DNA from: Myxococcota bacterium
GTDB taxonomy: Bacteria; Myxococcota_A; UBA796; UBA2385
Direction: 5' to 3'
DNA length: 64,000 bases
Assembly: GCA_044344255.1 (NCBI GenBank)
Contig: JBIJDH010000003.1
Coordinates: forward strand, 64,001 to 128,000
Below the pieces are notes generated by a model. That model saw only the letters and a list, made by a program, of their open reading frames with translations. It was not told the DNA's origin and made no database searches. The position numbers and the translations under genes are program-made. Shown here in pieces: positions 12,300-21,698 of the stretch (its first letter is position 1; each line of letters starts with the position of its first letter).

Positions 12300-14450
12300 T
12301 CACCGCGGCCACCCCATCGTGCAGTGGCTCTCGGTCCGCGGGTCGGAGGCGAATTCTGCGTTGTGGGACCAGGGCTCGCTCGGGGCCTCGCAGGTCCAGG
12401 TATTCCAGGTGTCGCCCGGCCTCAGCGCTCGATCGCCGCAGTGCTGGACCCCGTCCCCGTGTGTAAAGCAGACCCTGGCGTAGATGCGACGGTCACACTT
12501 GTTCACCAGCTTGACCTCGAGGCCATCGGTGCCGCAGGGGCCCTTCGAACGCGCGACCTCCTGCAGGCAGCTCGGGAGCGGCAAGCGGCGACCGTCCGCC
12601 GGGCCACCGCAGCCGTAGTCCTTGTCGTCTTCCTTCCCGTTTCCCTTGCCTTCTTCCTTCCCTTCGCGGGGCGCAGCGGTGGCTCTGGCTGCGGCCTCTT
12701 TGACTCGAGCGCGCTGGTCCTCCACGCTGGACGGAGGGGGTGTCGCCGTCCTCGGCTGCGCGCTGCTTCGGGCCGGTTCGAGGGGCGTGGCGGGGGCGGA
12801 GGTGCCGCCCTTCGCCGAGGCGGCGCTCTTGGGGCGCTCGGCGTCGCGGGCGGCGGCCAGCTCACGGGCGCGCTGGGCCTGTTCAGCCTGCTGGGCGCGT
12901 CGGGCCTGCGCCTCCTGCTCTGCGCGCTGCGCCTCCACCTGGGCCCGCTGCCTCGCTTGCTGCTCTTCGGCGGCCCGCTGGCGCGCGGCCTCGTCGGCGG
13001 CCTGCCTCGCCCGGGCCTCCGCTTGGAGCTGCAGCCGCTTCTCCTCTTGGGCCCGCATGACCTCGCTCATCTCCTGGGTGGCAGACTGCAGCTCGCTCAT
13101 CACGGTGTTCATGGTGCCTTGCCGGCGCGCGGCCTTGTCTTCCGCCACGAGGCGTTGGTAGGCCTCATGCACGCGCTGGGCCTCCTGTTGTTCGCGGCGC
13201 CGCTCCGCCTCTCGCGCCTCGTTCGCCGCCTGGGCCGCCGCGGCGACGCTCCGCTCCTGGGCGGCGTGGGTGGCCCGGATCGAAGCCGCGCGGTCCCGGA
13301 AGAGCGCCTGCTCCTCCCGGACGCTCGTCGCGAAGACGGCCCGATCGCAGGCCGCCGGATCGGGCCCGACCCCGGGGGCGCCGCCCAGACAACGCTCTTC
13401 GTCGATGAGGCGTGCCATGTCTGTGAAGATGTCTGCATCGGCGCGGTGTGTTGTGATCCGGGCCGCCTGTAGGCAGGCGAGCCGGTCTCCGTCCGCGCAG
13501 CGCCCTGGCGCCGCGGCCCGGCAGGCTCGGGCGGCGTTGGACAGCGGCTCAACCCCCTTGAGCTCGCCGGAGGTGGGCTCTCCAAAGGTGAGCTTCACCA
13601 TGGCGCCGCCTGTGCGTGACGCGGCGGGGACCGCACGGAGCGCGCGCAGATCGTCGACCCGCGGTGGCGTCGCCCCTGTGTTGACGCCGGCGGCGAGCCC
13701 CTGGAGATCGACGCGGATGGTCGCGGCGGAGGCCTGGGCGCACTCCTGGGTCCAGCCTTTCATCGCCCGAACCCCGTCGGCGGCCAACGTGACCGAGGTG
13801 GCGGACCCCCAGGTGATGGGCATGGTGCCACCCACGGCGACCGCGGCCGGCGGCAGGGCGACCGAGAGCGCGGGCTGCGGCGCGAGGGTCGGCGCCAACC
13901 CATCGTTCGCGCAGGCCTTGACGGTCCCCGTCCTCCAAGACGACGTCTCCTCGTAGGGGCGTTTCCGTACTTTGTCTGCCTCTGCCCTGGCCATACCCTT
14001 CTTGCTGAAGATGATCGCCGGGATCGGGATGCCGACCGCCGCGACCCCGAGCCCCGTGGCGAGCTTGCCGGTGTCTTCGCCGTCCACGATCCCGGATATT
14101 GCATAGGCCATGCCACCAATGATTGCGGATATCCCGACGTTGAAGGCGAGCACCTGATTGGCGCTCAGGTTCCGCCTGTCGATGTTGACGCGTTGTCCCC
14201 AGACCGCGTCCTGGCACATCGCGGTGGCCTCGAGCGGGACGCGGATCGCGCCGGTGCTGTCTGTGACGGCGCCCCCTGCGGAGAGGGTGTGTCCGATATA
14301 GACAGACTCCTCGTGTGTCGCTTCGAAGCCTTGCCCTGCGGGCTGCCAGGCGGCCTGCTTCATGAAGCAGCTGGAGAGCAGCAGGGCGACCGAACCGAAC
14401 CCCATCGAGAGAGCGGGAGAGGGTGCGCGTGGGCGGGTGGGCAGTGTCAT
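12300..14450 (-). CDS. Putative lipoprotein with two TM segments, long coiled coil and Cys-rich C-terminal domain
   Basis: LLLSSC lipobox-like; E/Q/A/R-rich coil; C-terminal VKLVNKCDRRIYARVCF domain; true start may be the second Met. Confidence 0.6.
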   Translation of the reverse strand: MTLPTRPRAPSPALSMGFGSVALLLSSCFMKQAAWQPAGQGFEATHEESVYIGHTLSAGGAVTDSTGAIRVPLEATAMCQDAVWGQRVNIDRRNLSANQVLAFNVGISAIIGGMAYAISGIVDGEDTGKLATGLGVAAVGIPIPAIIFSKKGMARAEADKVRKRPYEETSSWRTGTVKACANDGLAPTLAPQPALSVALPPAAVAVGGTMPITWGSATSVTLAADGVRAMKGWTQECAQASAATIRVDLQGLAAGVNTGATPPRVDDLRALRAVPAASRTGGAMVKLTFGEPTSGELKGVEPLSNAARACRAAAPGRCADGDRLACLQAARITTHRADADIFTDMARLIDEERCLGGAPGVGPDPAACDRAVFATSVREEQALFRDRAASIRATHAAQERSVAAAAQAANEAREAERRREQQEAQRVHEAYQRLVAEDKAARRQGTMNTVMSELQSATQEMSEVMRAQEEKRLQLQAEARARQAADEAARQRAAEEQQARQRAQVEAQRAEQEAQARRAQQAEQAQRARELAAARDAERPKSAASAKGGTSAPATPLEPARSSAQPRTATPPPSSVEDQRARVKEAAARATAAPREGKEEGKGNGKEDDKDYGCGGPADGRRLPLPSCLQEVARSKGPCGTDGLEVKLVNKCDRRIYARVCFTHGDGVQHCGDRALRPGDTWNTWTCEAPSEPWSHNAEFASDPRTESHCTMGWPR

Positions 14451-14683
14451 GGAGGGAGCCCTCTGGGAGCCGCGCGGGTGGGGTGGCGGCTCAGCGAACT
14501 CGTACGCACGGGGGGCCCGATGGACAGGCGGCTTCGGTTTGGCGAGAGACGGAGCTGACGGCGCTCATGGCGTGTGTGGGACCAACGTGGCCGCGACGGT
14601 CCGTTCGGTTAGCTGTCCGAACAGAGCGTGCGGCGAGCCTGGGTTCGCGCTACGGGCACCGCCCCCGGCACGGCGAGGCGAGC

Positions 14684-15187
14684 TTGGATCCGACGCCCTT
14701 CATCCTCCTCGGCTTGCTGATCGTCGGTGTCGTCGGCGGGCTGCTGTGGAAGGTCCGACGAATGAAGATCGACCGCGAGGCCGGGCTGCGGGCGGTCGGG
14801 CCCGGCCTCGGGCTGCGCTGGGTCGGGAGCGTGGACGCGGAGGCGCTCCTCGGCCCCTTCCCCTTCTATCGGGAGACGGTCTCCCGCGGCGCCGCCAACC
14901 TGCTCGAGGGGGAGCGCCTCGGCCGCCGCGTCCGTGTGGTGGACTACGCGTATAGCCACACCCTCGAGGACTCCGCCTCGACCTGGCGGCGCACCCTCCT
15001 CCTCTTCGATGCGCCGGGCTTGGCGGACTGCCGCCAGCGCCCGAGCCTGCTCCAGCCGGGCTGGACCGTCGATGGGGTCGGCGGCCGGGCCCTCCTCGGC
15101 CGGGGGACAGAGGTCGTGGCGCCGAGCGAGCTCGGGGCAGAGCTCGCCGCGGCCGAGGCCCTGCTCGCGGCGATGGGCGGGTCCTGA
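14684..15187 (+). CDS. Hypothetical membrane-anchored protein
   Basis: TTG start after GAGG; N-terminal TM FILLGLLIVGVVGGLLW. Confidence 0.5.
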   Translation: MDPTPFILLGLLIVGVVGGLLWKVRRMKIDREAGLRAVGPGLGLRWVGSVDAEALLGPFPFYRETVSRGAANLLEGERLGRRVRVVDYAYSHTLEDSASTWRRTLLLFDAPGLADCRQRPSLLQPGWTVDGVGGRALLGRGTEVVAPSELGAELAAAEALLAAMGGS

Positions 15188-15283
15188 GGCGGGGGCGCGG
15201 AGGGGCCGCGCCGCGCCGCCTCGAGGTCGGGCGCGGTGTCGGGGATCCCCGGCCGGTCCTCGGCCGTGTATGATGCGGGGCGA

Positions 15284-16462
15284 ATGTCGGCTCTCCCCTC
15301 GCTCCCCCCCGGCGCCGCCCCAACGGGGGAGCGGTCCGCCCGCCGCTGGGCGCGGCTCGGCCTCTCGGCCGCCTCGACGGTCGCGGCCCTCTTGCTGCTG
15401 GAGGGTGGGCTCCGCCTCGCCTGGCCGGGGCGGGCGGACGCGATGAACCTCGCCGCGTTCACGCGCACCTCCACCCGACCGGGACAGATGACGGAGCTCA
15501 TCCCCGGCGCGCGGAATGACCACTTCGTGGGCGGCCCCGTGCGGATCAATGAGCACGGCCGGCGGGGCCCGAGCGCTCCCCTGGAGAAGCCCCGCGACAC
15601 GGTTCGGATCCTCGCCGTCGGTGACTCGGTGACCTTCGGGTACGGCGTCCGGGAGGAGGCGACCTATCACCAACGGATCGCCAGCCGGTGGACCGCTGGG
15701 GGAGGGCGGAGGTTCGAGGCGATTAACGCGGGCCTCACCAGCGCGGGCCTGCCCTACGTCCTCCACACGGTGCGCGCCGAGTGTGGGGTCCTCGACCCTG
15801 ATCTCATCCTCGTCGGGCTCGTGGTGAATGACTTCGGCGTCTATCCCCCGGAGGTGCTGGAGGAGCGACCCCTCGCTCGCTCTCGGACGGAGGCAGATCC
15901 CGGCCGCTGGCGCCTCCTCGGGCCGCTCCACCGCTCCACCGTGGTCACGATGAGCGTGCACCTGGCGAAGAGCCTGCTCTATCGGACCCGGCTGCTCGAC
16001 CTCAGCGACAGCCCCGGCTATCACTTCCCGGCGCTGGCGGACCCCTCCCCTGCGCTCGACGCGGTGTGGGAGAGCAGCCTGTCGGTGCTGGACGCCACGG
16101 TGGAGGCGGCGCGCGAGTGCGGTTCCCCTATCGCCTTCACCCTCTTCCCCCTCGAGATCCAGCTCAGCGCCTCGGCCCTCCGCCGATACACCGAGGACCT
16201 CGGCTTTCCACTCGGAGAGGGGGTCATCGCGCGGGACCCGCAGCGGCGCCTGGCGGAGTGGGCCGCCGATCGGGGGGTCTCTTTCATTGACCTCGCCCCC
16301 GCCTTCCTCGGTGCTGACCCGAGCGCCCTCTACCTGCGGGGCGGGTACGTCACCGTAGACCCTGTCCACCCCTCGGAGGAGGGTCATCGGGTGGCCGCCG
16401 ATCAGCTCGTGGCGCACCTGGAAGAGATGGACCTCTTCCCTGAGCCCGGAGGCGCCCGATAG
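15284..16462 (+). CDS. SGNH/GDSL hydrolase family protein
   Basis: N-terminal TM, INEHGRRG, ILAVGDSVTFGYGV, INAG, VNDF, DPVHPSEEGH. Confidence 0.88.
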   Translation: MSALPSLPPGAAPTGERSARRWARLGLSAASTVAALLLLEGGLRLAWPGRADAMNLAAFTRTSTRPGQMTELIPGARNDHFVGGPVRINEHGRRGPSAPLEKPRDTVRILAVGDSVTFGYGVREEATYHQRIASRWTAGGGRRFEAINAGLTSAGLPYVLHTVRAECGVLDPDLILVGLVVNDFGVYPPEVLEERPLARSRTEADPGRWRLLGPLHRSTVVTMSVHLAKSLLYRTRLLDLSDSPGYHFPALADPSPALDAVWESSLSVLDATVEAARECGSPIAFTLFPLEIQLSASALRRYTEDLGFPLGEGVIARDPQRRLAEWAADRGVSFIDLAPAFLGADPSALYLRGGYVTVDPVHPSEEGHRVAADQLVAHLEEMDLFPEPGGAR

Positions 16463-16516
16463 GGCGAGACGCGGGAGCGCCGGTCGCAGGGCACCGCGGT
16501 GGGCCCCCTGCCTGAG

Positions 16517-18472
16517 TCAGTCACCCGCCTCGACATACCCGAGCGCCTGGAGCATCGCGCGCTGCTCTTCGCCGAGATCGGCCGGCGCGCTCGACCGGAG
16601 GCTGTGTCGGGGCTGCCCGTCCAGCAGGTCGCGCAGGAGCTCGGGGTGCTGCTCGGCGAGGTTGTGGGTCTCTCCCGGATCGGAGGCCAGGTGAAAGAGC
16701 TGCTCTGGACCCGCCTCGTCCCATATGGCCTTCCAGTCCCCCCGGCGGACCGCGAACATGCGGTCGGGGGCGACCCGCAGCATGTTCCCCACGCGCAAGC
16801 GCCGCTCGCCGTCTACCGGCCGGGAGAGGTCGGCCCCGCGCATCGCATCGCTGTGGCCGCCGGCTGCGGCGAGCAGGGTGGGCGGGAGGTCGACCAGGCT
16901 CACCGGCTCGGAGACCACGCCGGGCGCTTGGCGCAGCCCGGAGATGACCAAGGGGATGTGGGTCTGCTCTTGATAGAGGGCGTGTCCGTGCTCGAAGCCC
17001 CCGTGCTCGAAGACCTCCTCCCCGTGATCGGCGGTGAGGGTGATGATCCGACCGCGGGCGGGCGCCTCCCCGAGCGCGTCGAGGATACGCCCAGCCTGTC
17101 GGTCCACGAAGCGCACCTCGTCCCGGTAGGCCGCCAACAGCTCGTCGCGGAGCCCCGTCCGACCTTCGAGGGCCGCCACCTCGGCATGAAAGTCGCCGGT
17201 CACCACGCGGAGGCTGGCCTCGGAGACGGAGGGGTCTGTCGTGTGAGCGTAGGGCAAGTGGCTGTCGAGGTAGTGGATCCAGAGGAAGAGCGGGCGGTCC
17301 CGGCGTTGGGCGAGGACCTGGAGGGCGTGGTCGGTCAGCCCCTCTCCGTCGATCGAGCGGCAATGGATGGACTTCGACCAGCGCTGCGTCGCCCGCGCGA
17401 GCAGCGGACAGGCGGCGAGGTTCTGCAGCCCCCGCGGCAAGGCGTGGGGGCGCCACCCCGGTTGATAGAAGTAGTCGAAGCCGCGATCGAGCCCGAAGCT
17501 GGCGCCGACGAAGGGGTTGGGGGCGATCACGCCGACCGTGTCGTATCCTCGCGCCGCGAGCTCTGTCGCAAGGGCCGGCGTGTCGGGGTGGATTCCCGAG
17601 CGGCCCCCTCCAACGTGGGCGCCGGCTCCGTGCACGTCGGGGGGCACCCCGGTGAGCAGGCTGGCCACAGAGGGCAGGGTCCAGGGGGCGGTGGACTGCG
17701 CGGCGGTGAACACGAGCCCCCCGGCGGCGAGGCGCTGATAGAGGGACATCTCCTGGGCGATGTCGAAGCGGAGGGTGTCGACGCTGATGAGCACGATGTC
17801 GGGACCCCGGCCAGGCTCCCGGCTGCTCCAGTCGACCACGGGCGGACCGCTCGGGAGGCGGGCGAGCGCGACCCCGAGCAGGCCTACGAGCGCGCCGCCC
17901 CCAGCTCGGGAGGCCAGCCACCCCATCGCCCCTGCGCAGGCGCCCAGCGTGGCCAGCAGTCCGAGCGGAGGCAGGTCGCCCGGAGCCAGCAGCCACGCCA
18001 CCACCGAGCCGAGGCCGAGGAGGCTCAGCGCCGCGGCCGGGCGGGGATAGGGGCCCCGCGCTCCCGCGCCAGAGTGCCGGTGGAGGGCGGTGATGGTGGC
18101 GAGCAGGGCGACGACGCTCGCCAGCGCCGCCTCCCGCCCGGCGACCTCATGAATCGCCGGGCCGAGGACGCCGAGGCCGATGAGCGCGGTGAGGCAGGCT
18201 CCGAGGAGCCGGTGCAGGGCGAAGCGCAGCCGCCCGGGGAGCGGGACGGCGTCCAACACCCGGGCTGGCACCGCCGACAGGAGCACCATCCCCGTGAGGG
18301 AGATGGTGATGGTGACCCCGGCGAGCTGCTCGCCGCCGCTAAAGCGCGCCAACACCAGCTCGGCGGCGCCCAGGAGGGCCCCGAGGCGGAGGGCCTCGGG
18401 CCAGTGGTGTGGCTCAGCGGCGCCCGGCGTTGCGACCGTCGGGTGAGGGGAAAGGGCGGTCGTCGCGGACAT
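16517..18472 (-). CDS. Membrane-anchored sulfatase-fold (alkaline phosphatase superfamily) protein
   Basis: N-terminal TM bundle; ISVDTLR, APWTLPS, HYLDSHLPY, ADHGE, HGHALY, LQALGYV. Confidence 0.87.
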   Translation of the reverse strand: MSATTALSPHPTVATPGAAEPHHWPEALRLGALLGAAELVLARFSGGEQLAGVTITISLTGMVLLSAVPARVLDAVPLPGRLRFALHRLLGACLTALIGLGVLGPAIHEVAGREAALASVVALLATITALHRHSGAGARGPYPRPAAALSLLGLGSVVAWLLAPGDLPPLGLLATLGACAGAMGWLASRAGGGALVGLLGVALARLPSGPPVVDWSSREPGRGPDIVLISVDTLRFDIAQEMSLYQRLAAGGLVFTAAQSTAPWTLPSVASLLTGVPPDVHGAGAHVGGGRSGIHPDTPALATELAARGYDTVGVIAPNPFVGASFGLDRGFDYFYQPGWRPHALPRGLQNLAACPLLARATQRWSKSIHCRSIDGEGLTDHALQVLAQRRDRPLFLWIHYLDSHLPYAHTTDPSVSEASLRVVTGDFHAEVAALEGRTGLRDELLAAYRDEVRFVDRQAGRILDALGEAPARGRIITLTADHGEEVFEHGGFEHGHALYQEQTHIPLVISGLRQAPGVVSEPVSLVDLPPTLLAAAGGHSDAMRGADLSRPVDGERRLRVGNMLRVAPDRMFAVRRGDWKAIWDEAGPEQLFHLASDPGETHNLAEQHPELLRDLLDGQPRHSLRSSAPADLGEEQRAMLQALGYVEAGD

Positions 18473-18559
18473 TCGCCCGGACCATAGAGGGGGCGGGGCG
18501 GGCTGTCACCTCAAACCTGGGCAATGTCGGCCTCGGAACCCCAGCCCGGACGTCCTGAC

Positions 18560-19858
18560 TTACACAAGCTCCTTCAAGATCGAGGCGAGATCCTCGTCAT
18601 TCCCGTCGAGGTCGAGCACGCCATCGTCGGCGGGCCGAGCTGCGCCGCGCGCCCCGGTCCGAGCGGGAGGCCCGCCGAGGGGCCCCGGTGCGGTGAGCCG
18701 CGGTCGCGGCGCGGGGGCCATCGGCGGCGGCGAGGGGCGCAGGCCGGGGCGCGCCGAGGGTTGGGTCGGGGCCTCGATCGGCCGCTCCGAGGTGGTCGGA
18801 GGGAGCGGGCCGGCGGAGGTGCTGGCCTCATCGGGGAGGGGCTCGCGGCCGGCGTCGCGGCTGCGCACGAAGTGCCGATCGCGGCTGTCCTGCCAGCGGC
18901 GCCAGCGCTCGAAGCTCCACATGCCCTCGGCGGCGCCAGTCTGGAGCTGGTTCTGGAGGCGGCCGAAGGCCCCCTGGCGGATGATCGCGCGCACGGGGTC
19001 GTTGTTGACGAGCACCTCGCACTCCGGGAGGCGGACGCCGAGGTCGGCCCGGTGGAGGAGGCGCTGCGCGACCACGCCCACGAGGGTCTCGGCGAGGGCA
19101 GCCTGGACGCTCGCCTGGGCCTCGGGGGCGAAGCTGGCGACGATCCGCGAGAGGGCCTCGGCGCAGGATCCCGCGTGGAGCGTGGTGATCACGAGGTGGC
19201 CGGTCTCGGCGGCGGTGAGGGCGAGGCGGATGGTCTCGGCCTCCCGCACCTCGCCCACCACGAGCACGTCTGGATCCTGGCGGAGGGCGTCCATCAGCCC
19301 CTGCTGAAAGGTGGGGGTGTCCCGCCCGACCTCCCGCTGTCGGATGAGCGATCGGCGCTGCCGGTGGCTGTGCTCGATCGGCTGCTCGAGGGTGATGATG
19401 TGGGCCGACCGGCTGCGGTTGATCTCCTCGACGAAGGCCGCCAGGGTCGAGCTCTTCCCGGAGCCCGTGGCGCCGGTCACGAGCAGGAGGCCGCTCGGGC
19501 GCTGCAGGAGGCGGGCGAGGTCGGGGTGGAGGTTGAGGCTGTCGAGCGTGGCCTGGAAGGGGTGGAGCAGGCGGATCGCGAAGCCGAGCCCATGGGCGCT
19601 GTGGAGCACGTGGATCCGGCAGCGGGTGCCGCCGATGGTGCGGGCGAGGTCGGCGGAGCGCCGCTCCTGCAGGGCCGCCCAGCCCTCTTCGTCGAGCAGC
19701 CGGGCGGCTTCGGCGGCGAGCTCCGTCGGGGAGATCTGGAGGTCGAGGGGGCGGAGCTGACCGTTCACCCGCAGGGTGGCCGGGAGCCCGGCTTCGAGGT
19801 GCAGATCGCTGGCGCCGAGGGCGCTCGCCTGGGACAGGAGGGAGTCGAGCAGGGCCAA
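18560..19858 (-). CDS. pilT: PilT/PilU-family type IV pilus retraction ATPase
   Basis: ASDLHL, GATGSGKSST, TLEQPIE, QREVG, LRQDPDV, AETGHLV..TLH; TTG start after AGAAGGAG; Pro-rich tail. Confidence 0.85.
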   Translation of the reverse strand: MALLDSLLSQASALGASDLHLEAGLPATLRVNGQLRPLDLQISPTELAAEAARLLDEEGWAALQERRSADLARTIGGTRCRIHVLHSAHGLGFAIRLLHPFQATLDSLNLHPDLARLLQRPSGLLLVTGATGSGKSSTLAAFVEEINRSRSAHIITLEQPIEHSHRQRRSLIRQREVGRDTPTFQQGLMDALRQDPDVLVVGEVREAETIRLALTAAETGHLVITTLHAGSCAEALSRIVASFAPEAQASVQAALAETLVGVVAQRLLHRADLGVRLPECEVLVNNDPVRAIIRQGAFGRLQNQLQTGAAEGMWSFERWRRWQDSRDRHFVRSRDAGREPLPDEASTSAGPLPPTTSERPIEAPTQPSARPGLRPSPPPMAPAPRPRLTAPGPLGGPPARTGARGAARPADDGVLDLDGNDEDLASILKELV

Positions 19859-20084
19859 GGGGGCTCCTTCTGCGCGCAGGCCGCGGGGGCGCCGGGAGCC
19901 AGGGCGGTCCCGAGGCGGGGAGTGGGAAGAACGACAGGGTAGCACCCGCCGCTGGCCGTCTCTTCCGCCCACCGGCGACCGGCGCCGGCCTCGTCGAGAC
20001 AGCCTCGATTTAACGTCGAGCCTCAAGGAGCCGATAGGCCCTTCTCCCCCCGATTCGGCCCCCATGGGCCCCCTGGAGCGTGAA

Positions 20085-20192
20085 ATGGCTGTCACCCCCT
20101 GTACCTGGGTCGTCTGCGCCGCCGCTCTGGGCTCCTCTGTCCACAGCGTCGGCGCCCCCGCCTTCGGCTTCGCGGAACCGGGCAGACGCTGA
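20085..20192 (+). CDS. Candidate 35-aa leader peptide (uORF) upstream of rsgA
   Basis: GGAG then ATG; MAVTPCTWVVCAAALGSSVHSVGAPAFGFAEPGRR*; stop overlaps the CTGACCC/GGGTCAG hairpin. Confidence 0.3.
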   Translation: MAVTPCTWVVCAAALGSSVHSVGAPAFGFAEPGRR

Positions 20193-20336
20193 CCCTCTGG
20201 GGTCAGTCCTCCGTCCAGACACGCGGGCCACAATCGGCCTCCGGGCCAGGCCGCCTACACGCGTCGTGAGGCGGCCACTGAGTCGCGGCGTCGACGCCCT
20301 GTCGAGGCCGCGGAACCCCCGCTGTGTGGACGAACA

Positions 20337-21518
20337 ATGTACCCTCCTGCTGGTCAGCTTCCGATGGTGGAAGCGGCTTCAACCCATCCTGTCTCCCCGA
20401 TCCCCAGCGCCGCCGGGCGCGCCGCCGCCCCCTCCTTGGAGGGCCTCGGCTGGTCCAATTCATTCCTCTCCCAGCTCGACCTCGCCGACCTCCAGCCCTC
20501 GCGCCTCGGCCGCCTCCCTGTCGGGCGGGTGAGCTTCGAGAGCCACGGCCACTACACGCTCCTCACCGAGGTGGGGGAGGTGGCGGCCGAGCTCGGCGGG
20601 CGGGAGCGCGACCGCGCCGCCGCCTTCGACGACTGGCCCGCGGTCGGCGACTGGCTCCGCCTCCGTCCCCCCGAGGGCGACGGCCCCGCCCTCGTCCTCG
20701 GCCGCCTCGAGCGCCGGAGCAGCCTCTCCCGGGTCGCGCCGAGCGGGCGCCGGCAGGTGGTGGGGGCCAACCTCGACCTCGTCTTCATCACGAGCGCGGT
20801 CGAGGGCGACCTCAACCTGCGGCGCCTCGAGCGGTACCTCGCCGTCGCCCGCGAGGGGGGCTGCGAGCCGGTCATCCTCCTCACCAAGGTTGATCAGGCC
20901 CGCGACGCCGAGCGCGCCCGCCGGGAGGTGGAGCGGGTGGCGGAGGGCGCCCCGGTGCTCCTCTCGAGCGCGCTGCGGGGCGACGGCCTCGCGCAAGTGG
21001 AGGCGCTCCTGTCGCCCGGGGCCACCGCCGCCTTCGTGGGCTCGTCGGGGGTGGGCAAGTCCACCCTCGTCAACCGCCTCCTCGGCGCCGAGCTCGCGCC
21101 GACGGGCCCGGTGCGGGAGGAGGACGGCAAGGGCCGCCACACCACCACCGCCCGCCACCTCCGCCGGACCCCCAGCGGCGCCCTGGTCCTCGACACCCCG
21201 GGGATGCGGGAGCTGGCGATCGGGGACGCGCAGGACGGCGTGTCCGCCACCTTCGCCGACGTGCTCGCCCTCGCGGAGGGCTGCCGCTACCGGGACTGCC
21301 GCCACGCGGGCGAGCCCGGCTGCGCGGTGGCCGCGGCGCTCGAGGCCGGGGAGCTCGATCCCGACCGCCTCCGCAGCCTCCAGAAGCTTGAGCGGGAGGC
21401 CGCCTACGACGCGGCGCGGGACGATCCGCGCCGGGCGGCGGCGATGCGCGAGGCCTGGAAGAAGCGCACGATGAACGCGAGCGCCCGCGCCGCCTACCGC
21501 AAGGCCAACGGGGGCTGA
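20337..21518 (+). CDS. rsgA: Ribosome small subunit-dependent GTPase A
   Basis: PAVGDW, TKVD, GSSGVGKSTL, GRHTTT, DTPGMR, CRYRDCRHAGEPGC; start may be 20364. Confidence 0.93.
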   Translation: MYPPAGQLPMVEAASTHPVSPIPSAAGRAAAPSLEGLGWSNSFLSQLDLADLQPSRLGRLPVGRVSFESHGHYTLLTEVGEVAAELGGRERDRAAAFDDWPAVGDWLRLRPPEGDGPALVLGRLERRSSLSRVAPSGRRQVVGANLDLVFITSAVEGDLNLRRLERYLAVAREGGCEPVILLTKVDQARDAERARREVERVAEGAPVLLSSALRGDGLAQVEALLSPGATAAFVGSSGVGKSTLVNRLLGAELAPTGPVREEDGKGRHTTTARHLRRTPSGALVLDTPGMRELAIGDAQDGVSATFADVLALAEGCRYRDCRHAGEPGCAVAAALEAGELDPDRLRSLQKLEREAAYDAARDDPRRAAAMREAWKKRTMNASARAAYRKANGG

Positions 21519-21698
21519 GGCGAGCGCGGGCGGGGAGGGGGCGGTAGAGGCGAAGAGAGGCCGTCCGAGACGAGCTCGCGCTCCTGCCGTCCCAGACTGT
21601 GACCGGTGTCCCTCCAGTCCTCGGCTCCGACCCTGACAGCCTTTGAGGGGTTTGTGTCTTCCGTTCATCCGATAGGGGTGGGCCGTCCGGGCGGAGAT

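Noticed and set aside
19930..20320. tmRNA, 6S, SRP or riboswitch (minus strand GGGGGTTCCGCGGCCTCGAC; plus strand GAGCCGATA)
   Set aside because: No T-arm/CCA end, tag peptide or other family motifs; kept only as an unassigned structured leader
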